Below are positions 24,001 to 36,000 of a DNA stretch of 64,000 bases, one piece after another (position 1 is the first letter of the stretch; every line of letters starts with the position of its first letter). A model generated the notes under the pieces. It was not told the origin of the DNA, ran no database searches, and was given only the letters and a program-made list of their open reading frames with translations. The position numbers and the translations under genes were made by a program. The stretch comes from Malacoraja senta (taxonomy: Eukaryota), in NCBI GenBank assembly GCA_038087875.1, contig JAXLNO010002508.1:62001-126000 (forward strand), in the 5' to 3' direction.

Positions 24001-27000
24001 ATCAAAGCCATCCACTCAGTAACTGATGCTGGCCTGGCCTGGATGTCTACCCTTGATCTACAACTTTAGGCTGTGCACGCCATACGCAAGAAAAAGAAAC
24101 ATCCGTTTTCTACAGCTACTTAAGTCATATCCCTCTACATACACTTGTTACAATTCTTTCATTTCATTGAATAATCACCCTAATACTGCCCATAATTAAA
24201 CTAATGGAATGTATAGATTATCCAGTCATTGTTTTCTTTTTTCTTGCCAACACCACCCAAGAAAATTAATTGCTTAACCTGGCACAGTTTCCAAGAACAG
24301 GTTTCCCTGCCCTACTGTTGAACACATTGGAGTTTCAACCAGTGGTGCTAGATCAGGAAGTCACCAGAGGAGAGCATGGCCAGCAAGCTCAGACATCAGG
24401 GTTAATGTCGGAGCCCTGAAACTTCCCACTAATATGAAACCACCAGCAAACAGCAATAACCGGGACATAGCTTTTTTTTCTCCCTGCATGCTAATTTGAC
24501 TTACCTTTCCAAATGTTGAATTTGAAACATAATGATGCCATACAGAGAGATAGTAAATGAGAGTTAAAAAGTGAAGCCAAATGTGCCTCCAATACCTCAT
24601 CATCCACTTGGGTGAATTCAAATGTAACAAATTGGAATATTAGCACCGAAGTTGTGAAGATAATTTGCAAATTACTTGTACTGACATCAATTCTACTGGT
24701 GTCTCTTAATCCACTAGAGAAAGATTTAAAATATTAGTTTGTGGATGGCCAAATCAATATCAACCAGGATTTCAGAGCTATGCAAATCCAGAAGTTATTA
24801 TTGGTTTTGTGCTAAATTGACCCCACACATGGTTACAGTATCATTACAACCATAAAATTCAGACTAATATTGTCCTCCTTCCAGTAAAATTAGATGTTGC
24901 AAATGACCTTCTGAACATATTTTACACAAAGATTTTTTCAAATAAATAATTTTGTAGCCTTTGTTTCCTTTTGCAGCCTCCTCATTTTCAATTTTCTTCC
25001 TTTCACCTACTTGTAACCAGAGCTGCCAAGTTTTGTCAGAGCATTTCAGTATTCTAGTACCTGAAAATCAGTATTTTGCTGAGGAAATCAGTATTTTTAC
25101 AAAGTACCATTTTGCTGATTTTTAATTTTTTTTTAATTAAAAAAAAAAAAAATTATGTGCAGTCATACCCATGTAAGAGTACAAGAATGCATAACTTTGC
25201 TACCAATTGACATGTCTTCTACGCACCTTACTTGACAGTGCATTCATTGCCATCTCTTTGTATACTGCTGTTTGAACGGCTGCTTCCTGCTTTTAGCACC
25301 AAATTATGATGTAGAAGCCATTTTGGAAGCCACCCTCNNNNNNNNNNNNNNNNNNNNNNNNNNNNNNNNNNNNNNNNNNNNNNNNNNNNNNNNNNNNNNN
25401 NNNNNNNNNNNNNNNNNNNNNNNNNNNNNNNNNNNNNNNNNNNNNNNNNNNNNNNNNNNNNNNNNNNNNNNNNACCGTTCTGTAAAATCAAGGCCAATCC
25501 CAATGTAACTGCAATCCCACTGGTAACCTTTCACCACTAGGCTTATCCAGAATTCTACCACTGCCTGAAAAAGAATCAAAGGCTCAACTTCCACTGAGAA
25601 AGAGAATTCCAAATTCTCATTATACGAGAATTTTCCTGAACAGTCTGTGACCCATAGCGCTGTGGCTATAGCACTATGTGTAAAGCCCATAGCGCTATGT
25701 TTAAAGCCCATAGCGCTCCAGCCCGTAGCGCTATATTTAGAACCCACAGCACTTTGTTTAAATTCCCACACATTAAACTGACAGCGCTCTGTTTAAACCT
25801 GAAGCGGGACAGGCAGCGACTCTGGAGAGAAGGAATGGGTGACGTTTCTGGTCGAGACCCTTCTTCAAACTGAACTGAACTCCGTATTTAAAATCCATAT
25901 TTAACAACACAAAATCGTACAACAGTATTCCAATCGCATTTCCTTACAAAATACAGAAAATCCGTAATACTTGGCAGCTCTGTGTAACCCCAACTCTTGC
26001 CCCTACTTTTGACTCTAAGATGTCAAAAGTTAAGAAAAAAGCATTGCGAAAAACATACAATCAACAGATAATTTGATTGTCCCAAAAAAGTAATTACAAA
26101 TATATTTAATGTACAACTGGATATTCCCTATATGATTTATTTACCTTTTCAAAGGAAAAATCCATGAACTTGTCTGTGACCGAATCATAGGTTTTGGTCT
26201 AAATTAAATAAAAACAGTAAACCTTTTCAGTATTCAAAATTATGAAAATTGCAAATTGAGCTACCCAATTTGTTAACGTTTGTTCGATAGAATAAATTGC
26301 AAGAAAATCTCAAAGTAACATGTCAACAGCAAAACACTTGGCACTGTATAAATTTTCACCATTCGCTTCTTTATTTCTTTCTATCAGGTATCGAGAGATA
26401 ATTACAGGAATCTTCCTGCACTTATTTGATGGTGCAGGAAACAACAACTGATGCTAACCCGGCTCTCATTCAGGCAATTCCCAGTAGAAATCAACAGAAG
26501 CATGACCACATACCCTCTCCATACCTCCCTGGGGCTGTTGTTGCTAAATGTAGCATTATTCTATCAACCTTTTTTGACCTGTTGAGTTTATGCCAGTTAA
26601 CAGAGTAGCCCCAGTCCCTTAAGGCTCTGTCTCACGGTGTTGCGGTCATCGGCGGTGAAGCACGGCTTCGCCTGTAGAGGGGACCGCACGGCAACGGCTA
26701 GAGCGCCGAGCCTATGCCACGGGAGCGCCGCACGGATGCTGCGTGGGGGCCGAGTGATTTAAATACGGCTGGTCCCACGAGCTTGCGGTAAGTAAAAAAA
26801 AAGGGCGGGCCGACTGCGATGACGTCATTTTGGATCTGCGGGGCTGTGGCGGCGGCCGTGCTGATCGCGGCGCTGTAGCAGTGGCTGTGGCGGCGGCCGT
26901 GCCGCACACGTGACTCACTAGCGGAGGCTGTGGTGGCGGCTGTGCTGATCGCGGCGCTGTAGCAGTGGCTGTGGTGGCGGCCGTGCCGCACACGTGCCTC

Positions 27001-30000
27001 ACTGGCGGAGGCTGTGGCGGTGCAAGTTCGACACACGGCGCTCGAGCCACACTGGCGGCGGCTGTGGCGGCGGCCGTGCCGCACTCGTGCCTCACTGGCG
27101 GAGGCTGTGCGGTAGGGACATATTTTTGAACAGTGTTGGTTTTATTTTAGCACCGTGCGGTGTTGGGAACGCAGCACGGCCCCGGAATTGTGCGTTTGAC
27201 CGAGTGCGCGGTCTATGGCGGCCCAGGAGCGGTAGATTCTTCCTGTTTCGCCGCCAATGACCGCAGACACGTGAGACAGGCCTTTTACTATTTTGCCTGT
27301 GACCTATTCTCCCATTTCAGTGAAGAAATAATACAAATGGAAGAACGTTAGGCCAGAACAAGTGTACAGTTCTCATCATAATGTTCAAGGGAGCATATGG
27401 GGGCACAAGAACACACCCAGATGCAATTTTGTGGGATGGTGCCAGTATTCAAGTTAAGAAGTGAACAGTTGGACTGGAGTGGTCTTTTTTGAAGACCTGA
27501 AGATGGGTGGCAACTTGAAACTTGCAGTCTGTAAGGCTAGTGGGGTTGTGACACCTATCATTGATAAGGTGTCCAGAAGAGCATCTGGGTAGGTCATAAT
27601 TCCTCGGCCAACAGACCAAGGACCTTGATTCAGAATTAGTCCAAAGAGATGTGTTTACCTCATGTGGACATGGAGATGGTATAAAAGGAAAGGGCATAAA
27701 AATAAAATAGTAGAGAAGTTTGAAGTGCATGTGTGTTCTTCTTTCTGAAAGTATGTTGAAAGTCAAGGTAATAAAAATTATAGGTAATTGATGCCATCTA
27801 TGTGGTCTTTGTGAATTGACATCATGGGTGAATCAAATTGGCAGGGGTGCTGAGGAAGAGGATTTCTTGGAATGTATGCGGATAGTTATCTAAACCAACA
27901 TGTAGAGGAACCAACGAGAGAGCAGGCTATTCTAGACTGGGTATTGAGTAATGAGGAAGGGTTAGTTAGCAGTCTTGTTGTGCATGCCCCCTTGGGCAAG
28001 AGTGACCATAATATGGTTGAATTCTTCATTAGGATGGAGAGTGACATTATTAATTCAGAAACAACGGTTCTGAACTTAAAGAAAGGTAACTTTGAGGGTA
28101 TGAGATGTGAATTGGCCAAGATTGACTGGCAATTAGTTCTAAAAGGGTTGACGGTGGATATGCAATGGAAGGCATTTAAAGACTGCATGGATGAACTACA
28201 AAAATTGTTCATCCCAGTTTGGCAAAAGAATAAATCAGGGAAGGTAGTGCATCCGTGGATAACAAGGGAAATCAGGGATAGTATCAAAGCAAAAGATGAT
28301 GCGTACAAATTACCCAGAAAAAGCAGCATACCAGAGGACTGGGAGAAATTCAGAGACCAGCAGAGGAGGACAAAGGGCTTAATTAGGAAAGGGAAAATAG
28401 ATTATGAAAGAAAACTGGCAGGGAACATAAAAACTGACTGCAAAGGTTTTTATAGATATGTGAAGAGAAAGAGATTAGTTAAAACAAGTGTAGGTCCCTT
28501 GCAGTCAGAAACAGGTGAATTGATCATGGGGAACAAGGATATGGCGGACCAATTGAATAACTACTTTGGTTCCGTCTTCACTAAGGAAGACATAAATAAT
28601 CTGCCGGAAATAGCAGGGGACTGCGGGTCAAAGGAGATGGAGGAACTGAGTGAAATCCAGGTTAGTCGGGAAGTGGTGTTGGGTAAATTGAATAGATTAA
28701 AGGCCGATAAATCACCAGGGCCAGATAGGCTGCATCCCAGAGTACTTAAGGAAGTAGCTCCAGAAATAGTGGATGCATTAGTGATAATTTTTCTAAACTC
28801 TTTAGATTCTGGAGTAGTTCCTGAGGATTGGAGGGTAGCAAACGTAACCCCACTTTTTAAGAAGGGAGGGAGAGAGAAAACGGGGAGTTACAGACCAGTT
28901 AGTCTAACATCGGTAGTGGGGAAACTGCTAGAGTCAGTTATTAAAGATGGGATAGCAGCACATTTGGAAAGTGGTGAAATCATTGGACAAAGTCAGCATG
29001 GATTTACGAAAGGTAAATCATGTCTGACGAATCATAGAATTTTTTGAGGATGTAACTAGTAGAGTGGATAGGCAGTGACTAGTGGGGTACCGCAAGGCTC
29101 AGGGCTGGGACCCCAGCTATTTACAATTTATATTAGTGATCTGGATGAGGGAATTGAAGGCAACATCTCCAAGTTTGCGGATGACACTAAGCTGGGGGGC
29201 AGTGTTAGCTGTGAGGAGGATGCTAGGAGACTGCAAGGTGACTTGGATAGGCTGGGTGAGTGGGCAAATGTTTGACAGATGCAGTATAATGTGGATAAAT
29301 GTGAGGTTATCCACTTTGGTGGCAAAAACAGGAAAGCAGACTATTATCTAAATGGTGGCCGATTAGGAAAAGGGGAGATGCAGCGAGACCTGGGTGTCAT
29401 GGTACACCAGTCATTGAAAGCAGGCATGCAGGTGCAGCAGGCAGTGAAGAAAGCGAATGGTATGTTAGCTTTCATAGCAAAATGTTTGAGTATAGGAGCA
29501 GGGAGGTTCTACTGCAGTTGTACAGGGTCTTGGTGAGACCACACCTGGAGTATTGCGTACAGTTTTGGTCTCCAAATCTGAGGAAGGACATTATAGCCAT
29601 AGAGGGAGTACAGAGAAGGTTCACCAGACTGATTCCTGGGATGTCAGGACTTTCATATGAAGAAAGACTGGATAGACTTGGCTTATACTCGCTAGAATTT
29701 AGGAGATTGAGAGGGGATCTTATAGAAACGTACAAAATTCTTATGGGGTTGGACAGGCTAGATGCAGGAAGATTGTTCCCGATGTTGGGGAAGTCCAGGA
29801 CAAGGGGTCACAGCTTAAGGATAAGGGGGAAATCCTTTACGACCGAGATGAGAAAAAACTTTTTCACACAGAGAGTGGTGAATCTCTGGAACTCTCTGCC
29901 ACAGAGGGTAGTTGAGGCCAGTTCATTGGCTATATTTAAGAGGGAGTTAGATGTGGCCCTTGTGGCTAAAGGGATCAGGGGGTATGGAGAGAAGGCAGGT

Positions 30001-33000
30001 ACGGGATACTGAGTTCGATGATCAGCCATGATCATATTGAATGGCGGTGCAGGCTCGAAGGTACTAATCCATATTAGTATCCATCCCAGAAAATAATTTA
30101 CTTGCAACAGAACATTTGTAGTCATTAAATTCTACTAGCCTGAATTGCAGAATTGACAAGACAAAAGAAATGAAGACCAACGTGAAAAATGTTATAAAGA
30201 GTGCGACCCTACACTTTTTATTTCTTTAAAGACATTAAAGATGTATCATGTTTTTAAAGATGCAACTTACTGTCATTTCTCCACCAAAGCATTCAGAGGC
30301 GAGTTGAGCAGAATCAAATGGTTTTACCTCAGCATCATTAAATAGATACCTAACAAGAAAGATATTAAATTACCACAACTGAAAAACAAAAATGAATAGG
30401 ATTTTGCCACTTCGAGTTAGTTTGGCACACTTTTGCACAAAAATAATATTTAGTTCATATGTACAAAAATATTTTGGGGATTTTCTTTATCCATATTTTT
30501 TTTCCAGGGGATAGATGTACAGGCAGATGAGATCAGTTTAACTAAGCAGCATGCTCGGCATAAACATTGTGGGCCGAAGGGCCCATTCCTGTGATGTACT
30601 GTTCTATGTTCTATCTGTTTACTGAGTAAGTTGTGGCAGTATTTTCAGTTTGCTGCATACACAATAGTTTGCACAACTAACCTTAAAATTAAAACTACAA
30701 AGATCAACTTACCATTTGTTGTTTTTGTAAGCATGAAGATTAACAATCTCTCTGATGAAACTGTAATAATGACCTCCATCTGCCGTCCCCGTGTGTACAG
30801 TTACTCCTATCAGATCATACTCAAAGCTTTCACTTTGTTTAACCTTTCCATCCTCTTTCAAACCTAAAAACATAATTAATACCATAGCCATTATGCTCAG
30901 CTCACCGCAGATTTGCCAGCTGGTAATGCCTAATTAGAAAGTCTACCCTGTTGCTAAATCATCCAAAAGTGCTGAAACAAAATACAAAAAAACTCAGGGA
31001 AATCCAGGAGGAGAAAACAGCTCAGGTATGTAATCTTTTATATTCTGATAAAGTCGTCATCTAGATACATTACCTCCATATCTTTTTCCCTCCCCAACCA
31101 AAGATGCTGCCGGACAGAATGAATATTGTAATTTAAGATAGTCAGCATTTACAGTGTTGTACTTCTTTACTCTTGGGAATGTCCAGGTGGAAATGGAGGA
31201 GGGTCAAATTAATGGAAATCTGTGTAATAGCAGGAAGCTCATAACCTATTCCATCGCAACACATAGAAGGAAGAGATATTAAAGATCAGGATTCCAAATG
31301 TTACAAAAAGTATTTGCTATCTGGAATGTAATGTTGTTTCTCATAATTAAACAGCATGAAATAAATATAATGGTGGGTGGTGGGGGGAGGGAGAAAGAGT
31401 TGGAGAAAGAATCATGTACGCATGTATAGCACACAGTGTTCCTGCTCCTTTAAAGACACAATCATTGATCTCTTCAGCGCTACGAGAATGTGTAACGACA
31501 AACTAACTATAATCTTGCATGAGGCTCTATCCGAGGTTTCATTTCAGAATATATATTATAAGAGAACTAACTCATGAAATTTACTATTATACTAATGGTA
31601 TTTACATCATTTTTTTTTTAAACATGCAGAAGTAAAGAACTGTATATTTTAAAGCAAAACCAAGGAATAATTATATATATATTTTATCAGTTATCAGATC
31701 TACAATTAAACAAGGTAACATTGTGCAGTACCATCTATACGGTCATTTTTGCCCATAAGGTAATCTTCAGTGTATGGAGTCATGTCAAGACGGAGGGGAA
31801 ACGAGAAATGAGTGTTGACTTTTTCTTTCATCATTGTAACCATATTAAAAGTGTATCGCATGGTATTAAAACTCAAGATCCGCGGTAATTTCTTAAAACA
31901 AGCCCTGTGAAAGACAAAATTTAAAAAACAAGGAATATGTTACACGCTTGGTCATTGCAAGGGTACATTAGAACTGAATTTGGCAACATGAAGTCCAGAT
32001 TATTTATTTAGGTATATCATTTGCTTTAAACACAAGATTATCCCTCTTGCAAGAACACCTTTTCTTCTGATTGATTTTCCATGAGTTTGAGTTTAGTTTT
32101 TCATCATGTGTACCGAGGTACAGTAAAAAGCTTTTGTTGCGTGCTACCCAAACAGCGGAAAGACAATACATAATTACAATTGAGCTCCCCACAGTGTACA
32201 AATATATTGTAAAGGGAATATAATGAATAACGTTCAGTGCAAGGTAAAGCCAGTAAAGTCTGATCAAAGATAGTCCGAGAGTCTCCGATGAGGTGGATAG
32301 TAGTTCAGGACTGCACTCTAGTTGTTGGTAGGATGGTTCAGTTGCTTGATAGCAGCTGGCAAGAAACTGTCCCTAAATCTGGAGTTTGCGGTTTTTCACA
32401 CTTCTATACTTTTTGCCCGACAGGAGATGAGGGAGTGGCCAGAGTGCAACTCATCCTTGATTATGCTGGTGGTCTTGCCAAGTGAGGTGTATGTAAATGG
32501 AGTTAATGGAAGGAAGGTTGATTTGTGTGATAGTCTGGGCTGCATCCACAATTCGCTGCAATTTCTTGTGGTCTTGGATGGAGCTGTTCCCAAACCGTTG
32601 ATCCCAATAAAATGCTTTCTACGGTGATATCATAAAGGTTCTACTACTGTGATGGTAGTGGTGGTGAGCAAGGAAGATTGTGCACAGAAGTACCTTTGAA
32701 CCTATTCCATCACACACTAATAAAACTTACATAGATTTCTATTTGTGGTCATGCAGCCGAATGTCTTACAGCTTCCAACATGCTCAATGATCCAAATATG
32801 TGCTAAAATGAAGGCTGCATTGATTAACAATCAAGTGAAAACATCCAGATTTATATGGAATAAAACCTAACCTCTTCTCAGCCCGTACTTTCTTTCCACA
32901 CTGAGAGCAAGTGTACATGTTATCACCTTCCAGAGTATCTTTTATAGTAACTTCATCTAGCGACTCCTAGAAAGATCAAAACACATCTAAAATGAGCATT

Positions 33001-36000
33001 GCATTATGCAATTATACCAGATTAACATGCTACACTTATTTCAAAATATTATGAAATGTTGAATGGCAATAGTGCACACATTGCAATTTTAATATAACTA
33101 TAAAAAAATTACTTGAACATAAATTCAGTTATGAGAAAATCAAACTGATTATGCAGTAATACACTATTTCAAAGACAGTGAAAACTTTTGGAATGCAGAT
33201 CATCACTAATTACCTTTTAAAAGATACATTAATTCTCCTGATCAGTAACAATGGCAAACATAAATTAATAACCTTATTTTAAGTTTTATTTTTCTCATCC
33301 TCATTGCAAACACCACCATTTGAAATATTAAACCAAGCATGTGGGAAGATAATGTGTATGTTGTATTTTCTTGCAATTATTACTTTAAAACTTCTCAATT
33401 TAGTTTTGTTTTTAATCAATCTTCGATAATAAATGGTCCTATTTTAGTTTATGATATTAAACATAACTTACATAAATGTTTTTCATATCAGCTACTTGGC
33501 ATCTGACTGTGTAGAATTCCTCAGCTGTCTGGCTAACATGTTCACAATCCTGAGTTTAAAAAAATGTTAAGTTTAGTGTTTTTCACAGACAATATTTATT
33601 TTCATTATAAAAGATGATCGAAAATTAAAATGAAACACTTACCAGTGATACAACATTATTTGTTATAACCCCACCAAATAAGCTCTTCACTGTGTTTTTC
33701 TATTAAAAAAAAAGCCACTTTTAGAAAAATATGGTCTTTCTTTTCCAATATTAAACAAATACAAAGAATCACATAAGCTTACTAGATCAGGTGACATCTC
33801 TTCGATTTTTGTTATCAGATCGGTGAAAAATTCAGTCATATCTTTCTGTTCTCCGGTGTTCAAAGGCTGTTTGTCCATGGTGTAGGTTTTGCAGAATGGT
33901 CTTGGATTATATGCTTTACGTTCACTTTCCTACGTGGTGACATTTCAAATGAAATTAACTAATTATAACATTCAAAATACTGCTCTCAGTAGGGATTCTT
34001 ATTCCAATTAGCCACTTACCATGAGATATGTGAACATTTTTTGCAATTCAAGAAGGGTTGTTTTGTGCTTGATATCTTCTAAATACTAATAAAGGAAAAC
34101 ATCAATAAAGTTAAAATAGATAGTACCAATATGACTTTGGATCTGAAAAGGAATAACTAGTTCGTATGTACAGATTAAAATTGAACTTTATTTTAATTAC
34201 CTAGACAGTTCTTTGACTCACAATACAGCAGTCCACTTTAAGTCCAAATAAAGGCAATATCAAAGACCACATGAATAAATAATTGGGCACATTGTTTTAT
34301 ATTGCAGCACACTTCCAGCTTGCCCACAACTTAACTGAATTGTGATTGGTTCATCCTCTGACTCGCCTGTTACATTACAATCAGTTATGATGTTCTTTCT
34401 GCTCTATTCTTTTGCCTTCCTTCAAGTGGAACTTCCAAATTTTAAATCCACATCTACCTCACTAACACAGAGGATGCCAAGTGCTGATTTGACTCAAAAA
34501 CAACTGTTCATTTGGAGGATATATCAGACAAGAGAAGACAAGAACGACATGAGAATTCAGTTTCAGTTTAGTTTATTGTCACGGTTTCATTTATTAGGCA
34601 GTGAGAAGCTTTTGTTGCGTGCTAACCAGTCAGCAGAAAGACAATACATGATTACAATCGATCCATTTACAATGTATAGATAGATACATGATAAGGGAAT
34701 AACGTTTAGTGCAAGGTAAAGCCAGCAAAGTCCGATCAAGGATAGTCCGAGGGTCATTAAAGCGGTAGAGTATTAGAGAATTAGAGTATTAGATCAGTGA
34801 TTGCCTGGAGATACAGTGGCTTGCAAAAGTTTTCATACCCCTTGAACTTTTCCACATTTTGTCACGTTACAACCACAAACGTAAATGTATTTTAATGGGA
34901 TTTTATGTGATAGACCAACATAAAGTGGTGCATAATTGTGAAGTGGAAGGAAAATGATACATGGTTTTCAATTTTTTTTACAAACAAAAAACTGAAAAGT
35001 GTGGCGTGCAAAAGTATTCAGCCCCCCTGAGTCAATACTTTGTAGAACCACCTTTCGCTGCAAATACAGCTGCAAGTCTTTTGGGGTATGTCTCTACCAG
35101 CTTTGCACATCTAGAGACTGAAATTTTTGCCCATTCTTCTTTGCAAAATAGCTCAAGCTCAGTCAGATTGGATGGAGAGCGTCTGTGAACAGCAATTTTC
35201 AAGTCTTGCTAGGGACTCTCAATTGGATTTAGGTCTCGACTTTGACTGGGCCATTCTAACAGATGAATATGCTTTGATCTAAACCATTCCATTGTAGCTC
35301 TGGCTGTATGTTTAGGGTCGTTGTCCTGCTGGAAGGTGAACCTCCGCCCCAGTCTCAAGTCTTTTGCAGACTCTAACAGGTTTTGTTCCAAGATTGCCCT
35401 GTATTTGGCTCCATCCATCTTCCCATCAACTCTGACCAGCTTCCCTGTCCCTGCTGAAGAAAAGCATCCCCACAGCATGATGCTGCCACCACCATGTTTC
35501 ACAATGAGGATGGTGTGTTCAGGGTGATGTGCAGTGTTAGGTTTCCGCCACACATAGCATTTTGCATTTAGGCCAAAAACTTCAATTTTGGTCTCATCTG
35601 ACCAGAGCACCTTCCTCCACATGTTTGCTGTGTCCCCCACATGGCTTGTGGCAAACTGCAAACGGGACTTCTTATGGGTTTTTTTCATTTTTTTCAACAA
35701 TGGCTTTCTTCTTGCCACTCTTCCATAAAGACCCGATTTGTGGAGTGCACGACTAATAGTTGTCCTGTGGACAGATTCTCCCACCTGAGCTGTGGATCTC
35801 TGCAGCTCCTCCAGAGTTACCATGGGCCTCTTGGCTGCTTCTCTGATCAATGCTCTCCTTGCCCGGCCTGTCAGTTTAGGTGGACGGCCATGTCTTGGTA
35901 GGTTTGCAGTTGTGCCATACTCTTTCCATTTTCGGATGATGGATTGAACAGTGCTCCGTGAGATGTTCAAAGCTTGGGATATTTTTTTATAACCTAACCC

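Larger units (their letters stand above)
25018..25982. mobile_element. Non-autonomous hAT-like DNA transposon with 6-bp TSD
   Basis: Perfect 14-bp TIR cagagctgccaagt / acttggcagctctg; tgtaac on both sides. Confidence 0.78.

Noticed and set aside
26698-27095. 127-128 aa Ala/Thr/Arg-rich ORFs
   Set aside because: Produced by a GC-rich minisatellite within a MITE; no domain or splice support.
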